DNA of 64,000 bases. It comes from Rebecca billardiae RCC1528. Lineage: Eukaryota; Protista; Haptophyta. The DNA lies in the NCBI GenBank assembly GCA_965240325.2, contig OZ251235.1, positions 62,001-126,000 of the forward strand, written 5' to 3'. The translations under genes were made by a program, and so were the position numbers. The notes under the pieces are model-generated. The model worked only from the letters and a program-made list of their open reading frames with translations. It searched no databases and was not told the DNA's origin. Shown in pieces: positions 1-11,604 of this stretch; within the stretch, counting starts at the first letter, position 1; each line of letters opens with the position of its first letter.

Positions 1-1233
1 TAGCTGCTAGTCTAAGTCAGCATTATTATTGAAAATATTAATAGTGAGCAGATTCGGAGTCATCGGAGAGTCCGTGCTCCGCCGCCGGGATGATGGCGCA
101 GTCGTTACTCAGTCTGATTTTATTATTAATAATAAATAATTTTATTACGGATGAGTGCTAATCGGGACCCCGTTAACAGTATATCTGAATTCTGACAATA
201 ATAACCGACGCCGATTAATTAAGTATTAACTGGATCTGACCGATCTTGAAACTAGCAGCAGATGTGTCAAGTCTCAAGATATAGTCGTCGGCACCCAACG
301 GTCGTGCAGACGCGGTGCCCACTCGACCCAGTGTCAGATCGTCGTCAAGGATATAGCCGTCTAGGCGCCGATGCCGCGCGGCCGACCAGGCGACTCAGCA
401 GACTGCGCGCCGGCGGGCCGGCTAACTGGCAGCCCCTGTGCGGCTATCGTCTCAGTCGAGGATGGGACGCCCGCATCCGGGCGGCCGCAGACAGCCTAAC
501 TTCTGGAACCACTGTCGCGTGTACCAGTCACCCGGTGAGGCCTATGCGAACACTGCTGTGGCCTTGTTGCTGACGTTCGTCCGAGGCCGAGGCCCGAGTG
601 CATTGCGCGGCCGGTGGACTTGCGCTCTGGCGGGCAAAGGTGTGCCCGAGGTGCGGATGCCTGCGCGTGCTCCTGGGCGAGAGCGCACAAAGTACTCATC
701 TCACAAACGAGAGGCGCGTTGACGCAGCACCTCGGCCATCACGTACGTCGTACTGCCAACGACTGCGCGCTTGTTGTGGCCACTGCGCTCGCGAGCATGC
801 ATCGCACGAGCTGCTCAAAGTGGTGCCACTGGTGGCCGGCGATGCGGTGGTGGTGCATGGCAGTAGTGTGCGGCTGCTTCGTCACGCCAGCGCAGCAGTC
901 ATGGCCGCTCGTGAGCGGGCCGCGCCGCTGCGCCGATTGTGGCTGGTCCATGGCCGGCGCGGCGACAACTCACGCGCGGTGGAAGTGTGTTCCGGCCGGC
1001 ACCTCTCCTCGTTGGCTCCTCGCGGTGCCGTTTCGCGGATTCTTCTGGCACCTCGGCGCGACCGGCACGGCGGCGGCACCTGCCGCCGCCGCGCCTCCCG
1101 GCAGGGAGCGGTCTTTTGCCCTTGCCAACGGCCGGTGATCGGTCCAATATTCGCACTCGGTCGGACCGGTGCCGAGGACGATCGGCACCACTTCAGGGTG
1201 CTGGGTGCCGGCACGGCAAGCCGTCCGAAGGCG

Positions 1234-2094
1234 ATGTCTGCACTCGGCGCGGGCACCCAGATGCAGGCGCTCCTGCTCGACAGCTGGCTCGCATGCCTGG
1301 CCACCGCATTGGGCGCGCTCCCCGCACACGCGCTCCAGGCCGCCGTGGGCGACGCGCGCCGTGCCGCGGTCATCGCTCTCGGCGGCTGCGTCGCCGCAGG
1401 GATGATGATCGGCGCGAGTGCCCTGCTGGTGCTCGACGCGCGCGCGGACGCGAGCACGCTCTTCGATCTGGTGGCGTTCGCCGCCGGCGCGTGTGCGAGC
1501 GTATGTGTCGTTCGCGCCATCGCATGGGCCACAACGCCGGACGCAGACTCCTCCGCCGTGGCCGCCAAGCGCGCCGAGCGCGGCGGTGGCGCGGCCGCTG
1601 TGCGCTCAGCGCTGCTGCTCGTTGCGCTTGCTACCGACGCACTCGCGGAGGGCGTTGCGATGGGCGTCGCCGCGCACCGCGACGAGATGAGCGCTGACGG
1701 TGCAACACGCCGCTCGCTCCCGCTGATGGCCCTGATGCTCGCCGTGCACAACATCCCGGAGGGCATGGCGGCTGCGAGCGCGTGGCACGCTTCGCGCGCG
1801 GAGGGGGGCCAGCTGCAGCGCGTGGCGAGTGGCACCGAGCTGCTGCGCTCGGCTCTGCTCGCGATGGCGACGTCGCTGCCCCAACCCGTCGGGGCCGTGC
1901 TGGCCTTCCACTTCCTCCGCGCCGCCGCGGGCGCGCTGCCCGTCATGCAGGGCGTGGCCGCCGGCTCGCTCGCCTTTGTCGCCGCCGCCGAGCTGCTGCC
2001 ACACGCCACGCCCACGGTCGGCTCCAAGGCGGCGTACGGCACGGCGCTCGCGTCGGCACTGGGCGCGGCCGCGCTGCACGAGCTGACGGGATAG
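1234..2094 (+). CDS. ZIP (ZupT/GufA/ZIP11-like) divalent metal transporter
   Basis: Hydrophobic multi-TM ORF from ATG 1234. It has the HNIPEG motif, the related upstream DALAEG motif, and TSLPQPVGA and AAGS..FV...ELLP segments typical of the ZIP11/GufA group. Confidence 0.85.
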   Translation: MSALGAGTQMQALLLDSWLACLATALGALPAHALQAAVGDARRAAVIALGGCVAAGMMIGASALLVLDARADASTLFDLVAFAAGACASVCVVRAIAWATTPDADSSAVAAKRAERGGGAAAVRSALLLVALATDALAEGVAMGVAAHRDEMSADGATRRSLPLMALMLAVHNIPEGMAAASAWHASRAEGGQLQRVASGTELLRSALLAMATSLPQPVGAVLAFHFLRAAAGALPVMQGVAAGSLAFVAAAELLPHATPTVGSKAAYGTALASALGAAALHELTG

Positions 2095-2595
2095 GCGGCG
2101 TGGGTGGGCGCTGGCGCATCCGCGCTGGTGCCTCGGAATCGCGAGCCCCGCCCGCTCGTCAACAGAGCCGGCAGGCCTGCTCCGTGCATTCGTCACGCGA
2201 CGGGACCTCGCAAACGCTGTTAACGCAGGCTGACGCGTCGTCGTAACAATCTGTGGTCAGGCGACGAGGCTACTGTAGCAGCAGGGTCATACATGGGATG
2301 TGTATGGCTTCGTCGATTCTCTACGGGTATGCTACTAGCTAGCTCAACTCAGACGAGCCCAGCCGGCCCTGGCGGCGGGTGGCCGATGGGCGCTGGCCAC
2401 TGCGGTTGTCCGGCCAAGGCCCGGGGGTTTTATTCGGTTTTCCGGCGAATTGCGCCTCATTTCCGCCGTGATTTGGAGATTTGCCGCTGACGGCGGCGCG
2501 GCTCAGGCCTGGGCGGACAGCCGCTGGCGGCGACAGCGATGGCGGCTCGCCTTCATTGACACGTCGTTGCACACAATCGCGCTCGGCCGGCCGGC

Positions 2596-3408
2596 ATGGG
2601 TAAGGGCAAGCGCAAACGTGGGAGTGGCGATGGCTGGCAGACGCACGGGCCACCGATGCGCACCGTCTCGGGCCGCATGTCGAGCGGCAGCCCGGCGAAC
2701 GATGAGTGGCAGACGACGCGGCGCACGTGGGCGCAGCTGGCGCCCGCGCTCAGGGCGTACACTCGCGCACGCGTGTGGATGCCATTTTACTACGACGGCG
2801 AGTGCGCGTCGCACATGCGCTCGCTCGGCTTCGAGCACATCATCCACGCGGACGACGACTTCTTCGCCAAGGTGAGCGACGCGGCGTTCATGGAAGGCGT
2901 CGACGTGATCGTGGACAACCCGCCGTACACCGCACACGAGACGAAGGAGCGCGTGCTGCGCGCGCTCGCGGCGAGCGGCAAGCCGTTCGTGATGCTGCTC
3001 CCCATGTCGATCGTGCACGTCGCCTTCGTCCGCGACATCCTCGACATGCGCGCCGTGCAGCTCCTCGTCCCGCGCCGCGTGTACGTGCGCAAGGCCTCCG
3101 GCCCAGAGCTGCCGTTCAAGTACCTGGTCTGGCTGTGCTACAAGACGGGCTTCGAGCGGGACCTGGAGTTCCTCGCGGACGACGAGGAGGTGGGCGACGG
3201 CGGAGTGGCGGAGGCCGGGCCACGCGCGGGGGTCGACGCTGCCGACGGCAGCGACGACGACGACGGCGACGACAGCGACGAGGACGACGGCGACACGGGT
3301 CAGCCGCGAGGGGGCCGTGCTGGCGGAAGGGGCGGCGGGCACGGGCAAGAGAAGGGCAGGGCGCGAGCGCGGGCGAACGCGCGGGCCAAGCGCCGAGCGC
3401 GGCGATGA
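2596..3408 (+). CDS. N6-adenine (amino) methyltransferase-like protein, phage/giant-virus type
   Basis: Motif order DEWQT - VWMPFYYDG - DDFF - VIVDNPPY - KPFVMLLP. NPPY is the amino-MTase catalytic motif IV. Basic N-terminus (KGKRKR) and an acidic/basic tail. Intronless. Confidence 0.7.
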   Translation: MGKGKRKRGSGDGWQTHGPPMRTVSGRMSSGSPANDEWQTTRRTWAQLAPALRAYTRARVWMPFYYDGECASHMRSLGFEHIIHADDDFFAKVSDAAFMEGVDVIVDNPPYTAHETKERVLRALAASGKPFVMLLPMSIVHVAFVRDILDMRAVQLLVPRRVYVRKASGPELPFKYLVWLCYKTGFERDLEFLADDEEVGDGGVAEAGPRAGVDAADGSDDDDGDDSDEDDGDTGQPRGGRAGGRGGGHGQEKGRARARANARAKRRARR

Positions 3409-3655
3409 GCCGTCGCAGCCTGCGGCACTGACGTGCAGGCTCCAGCAGCTTGGGCCATACATCATCGGCGGATACTGGCAACATCGTCAGAAGCCAGCGT
3501 AACTAGTCCGGGCGCCGAGGACGACTTGAGACTGAGCCGGATTCTTCCGCTTGACGCTTGCGGCGCTGCGCACGCCTCGCGGCCCTGGACACGCGCGTGG
3601 CCCAGAGCCGAGCAGCTCCCTCGACCGCGTCTCGACTCGCGTCCTCCAGCCAACC

Positions 3656-4967
3656 ATGTGGGGCGGTGCTTACGGCGGCGCGGCGCAGCAGCAGCAGCAG
3701 TCACAGGTGCCGCAGCTCCCCTCGGTGCAGGCCGTCCTCGACGAGATGTACCAGATGGGCACGCTCATGCCCGGCGACCTCGACTTCAACGTGCAGTCGT
3801 CGCTCCGGCAGCTGCCCGAGCCGCAGGGGTACGAGGTCGCGCAGAAGTTCAAGGAGGCGAACACGGGCGGCATCCGGAACAAGTCGGCGTTCCTCTCGAA
3901 CGTCATCAAGCGCATCCGCGACACCGTCCCCGCGGGCATGGGCGGCATGGGCGGCATGCCCGGCATGGCCGCCGCCGCCAACCCGTACAACAAGACGGTG
4001 CACATCGGCAACCTGCCGCCCGCGTGCACGCCCGACGTGATCCGGCAGCTCTTCTCGCACTTCGGCGCGATCGTGGACGTGCGCTTCGGCGGCAACGCCA
4101 AGTACGCCTTCGTCGACTACGCCGAGCCCCCGAGCGCGCAGGCCGCCATGCAGATGAACCAGTACGACCTGTGGGGCTTCCGGCTGCGCGTCGAGGCCGC
4201 CTCGTCCTTCCGGCAGAACGCCGCGCCGGGCGCGCCGCCGGCGGCGCCCGGCTACGGCGGCGCGGCGTACGGCGCGTACGACCCCGCCGCCGCGGCGTAC
4301 GGCGCCTCGTCCGCGCCGCCGCAGGCCGCGTACCAGCCGCCGCCCGCCACCGGGTATGAGCAGCAGCAGCCGGCGCCGCAGCAGCACGCGCCGCCACCGC
4401 AGGCGTACGCGGACGCGCAGGTGGGCGCGAAGCGGCCGCGGTACGGCGAGCCGGGCGCGTCCGAGCCGACGACGCGCGCCGAGTGCGACCAAATCCTCGC
4501 GCAGCTTCACGAGGAGCATGTGCGTGCCGCGCCCGCCGCCGCCGCCGCCGCCACCGCGAGCGGGCATCGGCGCCCTCCGCGCGCCTCGCCCCGCGCGAGC
4601 GCGCGCCGCGTGAGCTCGCCGCGCCCTGTGCCGCCGCCCCGCTCACGCCCCGCCGCGCGCGCGCGCGTGCGCGCGGTGTGCGTGTGCGCAGGCGGAGCTC
4701 GCGCGCAAGATCGCCGAGCTCACCGCGAAGCGCGACGCCATGCCCGAGCCGGCGCCCGCCGCCGAGCTGCACGCCGCCGAGCATCACGCCGCCGAGCAGC
4801 ACGCCGCCGCCCCCGCCGCAACGGAAGGCGGCGCGGCCGAGGCGGCTGCCAACCACACGGAGCAGCAGCACGCGGAGCACGCGGGGGCAGACGGCGCCGC
4901 CGCCGACGCGGCCGGCGCGACGGAGGCGGACGGCGCGGCGCCGCCGCCGCCGCCGCAGGAGGAGTGA
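3656..4967 (+). CDS. RNA-binding protein: hnRNP Q/R acidic-domain-like region plus RRM (exons 3656-4519, 4692-4967)
   Basis: RNP2 VHIGNL and RNP1 KYAFVDY are present. GDLD..LRQLP...IRNKSAFLSNVIK resembles the hnRNP Q AcD domain. A phase-0 GT-AG intron at 4520-4691 joins HEEH to AELARKIAEL. Confidence 0.85.
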
Positions 4968-5043
4968 GGGAGCGTGGCCGAAGGCGGCACTACGGCGCGG
5001 CGCGCACGCGGCCACTGCTGTGCCTTCGCCCCACGCCGTGCGA

Positions 5044-5215
5044 GCGCGGCGCGGCGCGGCGCGGCGCGGCGCGGCGCGGCGCGGCGCGGCGCGGCGCGGC
5101 GCGGGCGCGGGCGTGGGCGCGGGCGCGGTGCCGGCGCGGGCGTGGGCGCGAGCGCGGCGCGGCGCGGCGCGGCGCGGCGCGGCGCGGCGCCGGCGCGGCG
5201 CGGCGCGGCGCGGAC
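5044..5215. repeat. (GCGCG/CGCGG)n pentanucleotide GC microsatellite, two tracts
   Basis: Directly visible tandem gcggc arrays downstream of the RRM gene stop. Confidence 0.9.
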
Positions 5216-6270
5216 GCGCGGCGTGTGGCGCGTGGCGCGGCGCGGCACTGGCGCCGGCGCGTGCGCCTCCAGCGCGGCGCACCCGTGGGCTGCTGCGCCC
5301 CTCCGGCGGTGCGTGTCCCGTCTCTCTTCGGTGGTGTGAGCCTGTGCCGCCCGACTCCCGAGCTCCCTCCGGCGCTGCGACGCGTGAGCGCCTCCGCCTG
5401 TGCAAGCGCTGCCTCCCGCCTCGCGTGCTCGCGCGGCGCGGCGCAGCGCGGCGCCGCGCGCGCGGCGCGCCGCGCCGCTCCCGTGTCCACACCCTGTCCA
5501 CACCGTGTCCCACACTACCGCCAGTACCACTCTGAGATCGTCCGGCGCACGCCTTCCGGCCGTGCCACCTCGTGACTCACGCCGCCGCAGCGCGCGCGCC
5601 GGCGCGTTCCGCCTCCGCGACCCGCCTCGGCGCGCTGCGGGGCGCCGGGGCGCGCCCTGCGTGCCGCGCTCGCTCCGCTGCCACTCCAAATCTCCGGTGC
5701 TCCGCGGCGCTCCCGCGGCCCTCGCGACTGCGAGTGTGCGCGCGCACGGCGCACGCCTGCCCGCCGCTCCTGCGCCTGGCGCGTCCGCCTGAGCCCAGCC
5801 CGCCCGCCGCCGCGTTGCTCATGTCCTACCTCCTGCGACACACGGCGGCGCTCACGCTTCCGAGCCCCCGCGGCGTTCCCACCGCGCCTGCGGCGCGCCG
5901 GAACTCCAATGCTGCGGCGATGCTTGGCCGGGCACGTGCCACGTTCATGCAGACGGAGTCTGACTGAGATCGCTGCGTGTCTGAGCGTGTGCTAGTAACA
6001 CTGCGCTGTACGCATATATATATAGTGATGCGTATACATATATGTTACGTATGTACGTAGGTATGACCGCGTTCCGCGGTCCTTTTCCGTAGAACGAACG
6101 TAGTTCGGGGCCCGCGGTGGCGGTGCACCCTCCGTCGCAGTCGTCCCGTACACGTGTAACTAGACTCCATCCAGCGGCGCGCCGCCCCAGCGCCGCGCCG
6201 CCGCCGGCGTGCGCCGAGTGTGGATGTCGGTCGTCGGCCGAGCTGCCCTCATCACAGACGGCCCTTACCT

Positions 6271-6816
6271 GACCCCCTGCGCGTGCGCGACGGCCGACAG
6301 GCGGATGCGACTCGGCGTGATCGACGCACGAGCGCGACTGTTGCACGCCAGGCCACCGGCGGAGCTGACTGACAGCCAGGGAGCCGGACGGCGCGGGACC
6401 GCGCGGATTCGACCGTTCGTTCGGGCCTGCCGCTGACCGTCGTCGCCGCGACGCCAGCAGCGCAGGAGTAGATGATCTGCAGGTCAGTAGGGTTCGACCT
6501 GCGCGCCTGCGCGACGGCCGACAGGCGGGCGCGAGGCGTGAGCGACGCATGAGCGCGACTCTACGTGCACACCAGGCACCACGCGGCCGAGCTGACTGAC
6601 CGCGAGCCAGGGAGCACGGTGCGAGCAGCCATGCAGCACCGGTGCTTGCGCGCGCCGCGCGTGCACGGGGTGACACACCTCGGTCAGGCTCGGCACGCGT
6701 CGCAGAGGCACGGCCAGCTCTGGGCACGCCAGGCGCCCAGGCCACGCGGAGCTGACAGCCACGGGGAGCCGACGGCGCGCGGGGCCGCGGCCAGTTCCGA
6801 GTTCGACTTGCGCCTG
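6271..6816. repeat. Degenerate direct repeat, about 3 copies
   Basis: Shared blocks tgcgcgacggccgacaggcgg, gagcgcgact and gagctgac(tgac)..gcca..ggagc at about 6271-6414, 6497-6626 and partially 6725-6816. Confidence 0.7.
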
Positions 6817-9203
6817 CTCTGAAGAAGAGTTCTGGGAGACCCTGGCGGAGAGGCATGGCAAGGGGGGCGTGTGGTGAAGTCGGAGACTCAGAGATCGATC
6901 AGTCCGGCATCATGCGCCGCTGCCCCCGAGCTTGCGAGAGCCCGAACACAGGGCGGCGGCTGCGGCGGCGGCGGCGCGGCCGCGCGCCGGCCGGCCGCGC
7001 AGGCATCGACAGGGCGCGGCAGGGGCGTGCGGAGTGACTAGTGAGCGGGCACGAACGCGATGTCGACGGCCGTCGGGACCCGCCGCAGACGCGCGCTCCA
7101 GGCGCCACTCGGCACTTGCCACGCGCACCTGCCCATCGAGCGCCCCCTTGCGGACCAACCAAGAGTCGTCGCGGCTCGCTCGCCACCCCAGAAGAAACCT
7201 GCACAGCACGTCGTCCTTGCGACGGCGGCAGGTTTTGAGCTCGCCAGCTCGGTAAGTCAGTGACTATGGAATGGGCTGGCAACGAATAGCTGCGCGGGTA
7301 TTTTCAATAAGGCTTGCGGGTTTTAGACTCTAGATACCAACCGCCGCGAAGCCAAGTTCATATTCATCAAGGCGGAGGCAAACTATCACACATGAACGAG
7401 AGTCTACCCACAAAATCGCGCTCGTAACGAACCGTTACACTAATGTCACGTCCAGCTGACGTCCAGATCGCACTTTACTTAAGGGAATCAGCTGGTCGCG
7501 GTTATTTTCGGCCTAATAGACCTCTCTATGCGATCTCAAAAACTCGAAACTCGGTCTCCGCCAGCCCTAAAAATCGCCCCCCGTCCCTTTTTTCTTGATC
7601 AAAGATCTTTTTGAAACGTGGTTCGGGCCCGCTGGTGCGGGCTCCACGCTGCGCGCTCCGCCCTGCACCGCGGGCCATGATAATGCCATGCCCATAGGTA
7701 ACCCGGGTCACTCGGAGTCAGTACGACTGATGCTCAACTACAGTACTTCTACTAACTAGCAGCACAGTTGCCAGTAATAACTCAAACTGAGTAGCAGTGA
7801 GTAGAGCTCATCTAGTGAGTGATCTATGAGTATAGATCGGGCGCTGACTGATGATTGTCGATATGTGATGATAGTAGGCCTGTTTTATTTCTACCAGATT
7901 CCATTATTACTATGTCACGGCGACAAACCCGTGCCCGCCAGTGGGAATCGGTGTCACGCCCCGTCGGATGTACCTCTCACGGCCGATGGCGGCCTCCACG
8001 TGCGTGAGGAATGCGATTCGTGCACTCCTCGGTGACCGGTGAGTGCACGAATCCAGTTGCGGCGCTCGTCCGCCTCGTCGTCGTCGCACACGAGGTACAT
8101 CCAACACCATGGGTCGGATCGCAGAACTCTCCGCGCGCTCGCGCTCGCGCGGCGAGGCACTGGCAGGCTTGTTCTTCATCTTGGCCAAGGCTGCAGCCTG
8201 CCAGATGCGCGAGAACGCGTGTGCATGCCTTTCCGCGCGTCATGAGTGCGCGTTGCACGCATCCTATCGTAGTCTACGCCGACGAGGCCTGAGCATCCAC
8301 GTCAACCAGCCTGCCACGATCACGTTCAAATGCAGGCGGCAAGCTGCATGCGAGCGGCACGCAACGGAAGCATCTCAAGCCCGACAAAGTAGTGGCGGAG
8401 GAGCTTGTAGAGCTGGTGGCGATTGCAGTCTATATGTTCATCACCTGTTCAGAGTCGCCAACTGACACGGGCGCGACGTAGCCAAGGTAGAGTGCCTGCA
8501 GCTTGCAGCAAGCCCGCAGCTGCCACCTCGGCGACGATCGTCACACAACCGTGCGCCGCGACTGACCCCTGTGTCAGGGCGAAGCACCAGGCAAGGCTAA
8601 GCAGCATGCCATGGCAACATCTTTCGCTACAGGTCAGCGCGCTAGTACGAGAATGCGCCAACGACGTGCCATCAGTACTCCGCAATCGCGCCGGCACCGC
8701 ACCAGCGGCCAAGCAGCCGCCATTTTGCCGCGTTTTGGCGGATGTCGCCGATGGGCTCTCGTAGAATTAAAACAGGCCAGTAGTAAACTTTATTATTATT
8801 GTTGTCATATCGTATTATTATAATAAAGTAACCGTTGACCGTGTGGCGTGTCAGTGACACTGTGCTGCTGACTTGGTCTTATTGGGCTTGGCAGCAGTCT
8901 GGCTCTGAGTCAGCTGTCAGCATATCATTGCCAATGCCATGATTCGCGGCACATTCGGCGCCTCGTCGGTCATCGATCATCACGGCTGCGGCGCTCGTCG
9001 TCGCCAAGCCCGACGAGAAGTGGGATAGAATGTGGGCGGCCACACCAGCAGTCACCCGGGACAGAGCGCGCGGCCGAGGAGTGGCGCGCGCGCTTCGTCC
9101 CGGCGATGGGCTCGCGCCTGGCGGCGTCGCGCTGCGCCATGGTTGGGCAGGTTGCGCGCCCTCCTCTGAGCGGCGTGCCGTGTCCGCACGAGCGACGCGC
9201 TCA

Positions 9204-11394
9204 TCACGCGGCCGCGGCCGCAGCCGGCGCGAGCGAGCCAGCTGGCGCGTCTGCGGCGATCGGCTCCGTGTTCGCCAGCAGCCACTCGCGCGCGCGCCCG
9301 CTCACGCGCGGCAGCACCTTCTCGCGCACCTGGGCGTGGTACTCGTCGAGCCAGCGCAGCTCGTCCGCGCTCAGCAGTGGCAGCTGCATGAGCGAGCGCT
9401 GGATCGGCACGTGCGTCAGCTTCTCGAACCTGAAGAACTGCTTGCCGTTGAACTGGTTGGCGGTGTCCGCGGGCGCGACGACGAGCAGGTTCTCGATGCG
9501 CACGCCGAAGCCGAGCTCGGCGTCGTAGAAGCCCGGCTCGTTGGACAGCACCATCCCCGCGCGCAGCGGCTCGTGGTTGGTGAAGCGCGGGGACACGGAG
9601 TGCGGCCCCTCATGCACATTCAGACCGGCGCCCACGCCGTGGCCCGTGCCGTGGATGTAGTCCAGGCCCGCCTGCCAGAGGGAGCGCCGCGCGAGCACGT
9701 CGATCACAAAGCCCGGCGTGCCCTCGGGGAACACGACCGAGTCGAGCGCGATGTTGCCCTGCGAGGCGCGCGCGCGCGCGCGCGCGCACGGGTTTGGGCG
9801 CGGGCGCGGCGCGCGTAGTGAGACATCAGGGCGCGGGCGTGCGCGTTTAGGGAGTGGAGCGGCGGGGTGGGCAGTGGCGGCGGCGGCGGCGGCGCACCTT
9901 GAGCACGCGCGTGAAGCACTCGCGCTGCACCTCGCTCGGCTCGCCCAGGTGGATCGTGCGCGTGATGTCCGTCGTGCCGCACTCGTACTGGCCGCCGCTG
10001 TCGATCAGGATCATCGAGCTGGCGCGCACGGCCGCGCACGCGTCCGGCTGCGCGCGGTAGTGGATGATGGCGCCGTTGCGGCCCTCGCCGACGATGATCG
10101 GGAAGGACTCGTCGAGGAAGCCGTCCTGCTCGGCGCGGAACGCGCGGAAGCGCTCGCCCAGCGTGTACTCGTCCACCGCCTCGCCCGCCGCCACCGCGTC
10201 CTCCAGCCACGCGAACGCGCCGCACAGCGCGGCCGCGTCGCGCAGGTGCGCCTCTCGCATGCCGTGCAGCTCGGCCTCGTTCTTGATCGACTTGGCGAGC
10301 ATGGGCGGGGAGGGCGTGTTGAGCAGCGTGCCGCCGCTCGCGCGGAGCGCGTCGATCAGCGCGGCGTTGCACGCGCCCACGTCCACCATCACGCTCCCCT
10401 CCGCCCGCCCGAGCGCGCGCACGCCCTCGAGCGCGCGCTCGTACGGGGCGACGGCCACGCCCGCGGCGCGCAGGTGGTCGCGCACGCCGTCGTCCAGCTT
10501 CGCCTCGTCCATGTACAGGGTGGCGGCGTCGGCGCTGAGCACGGCGTACCCGTACGCGACGGGCGTGTTGGGCAGGTCCGAGCCGCGCAGGTTGAACAGC
10601 CAGCCGATCTCGTCGAGCGCGCACACGACCAGCGCCTCCGCCTCCGCCTCCTTGAGCAGCTGCCGCATCGAGCCGAGCTTGTCCGACACGGACACGCCCG
10701 CCCACTCGAGCGGGTGCACGCGCGCGCGCGCGGCGGGCGGCGGCGGGCGGCCGCCGGCCCAGACCGCGTCGACGAGGTTGCCCGCGTCCTCCCCCGTCCC
10801 CTGCACCCGCACGCCCTTCGCGCCCAGCTGCTCGCGCAGCGCGTCCACCGCCTTGGCCGAGTGCACCAACGGGTCGAGGCCGACCACCGAGCCCTCGGGC
10901 ATCGCGTCGGCGAGCCACGTGCCCAGGTCGGGGACGCCGGGCTGCGCGGCCTTCATCAGCGTCCACGCATCGCTCAGCTCCATCTCCGCCTGCAGGAAGT
11001 ACCGGCCGTCCGTCCACAGCAGCGCCTCCGACGCGGTGACGAGTGCGGTCCCCGCTGAGCCCGTGAAGCCGCTGATGAACTCGCGGCGTGCGAAGCAGGG
11101 CGCGGGGTACTCGGAGAGGTGCGGGTCGTCGGAGGGGACGATGAGCGCGTCGATCCCCGCGTCCGCCATGCGCGCGCGCAGCGCGGGCAGCCGCTCCTCC
11201 AGCGGCAGCACCGGCGCGTCCTCGCCGCCGCCGCTGCTCCCGCCGCGTGCCGCGAGCATGCGCGTGCGCGAGGCGCCGACGAGGCTGCTGCGAGCGTGGA
11301 CGCGCGACGAGTGCGCCACGAACGCTGCGCCACGCGCGAGCGCCACGCGCTGCACCAGGCAAAGCGCGCCCATCGTCACCACCGACACGCGCAT
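9204..11394 (-). CDS. Xaa-Pro aminopeptidase (aminopeptidase P, M24B), probably organelle-targeted (exons 11394-9898, 9758-9204)
   Basis: Motifs DPHLSEY, WTDGRYF, DSGGQYECGTTDITRT, HGTGHGVG..LNVHEGP, SNEPGFY and GVRIEN. Intron 9897-9759 joins RVLK to GNIAL. N-terminal extension looks like a signal plus transit peptide. Confidence 0.95.
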
Positions 11395-11604
11395 GGCCGT
11401 CCGGGGCGTGCTCAGCCTTGCGCGCGCAGGGAATCTGCTCGCGCGTTCGGCAGCGCTCGGCCGTGCGCCGCTCGCCCGGCGTTGCTTTCAGCTCTTCGTC
11501 AGGTTCCTCAGAACGGTAAGTTTGAAAGTACCGACCGGAATCAGACGATCGACGACGACAAGTCGATCGACAACGCGCGAAGACGCACGGCATCTGGCAT
11601 CAAG

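Noticed and set aside
598-1233. N-terminal extension of the ZIP ORF
   Set aside because: It starts at a non-ATG codon and has non-protein-like composition. Homology-like sequence begins at about ATG 1234.
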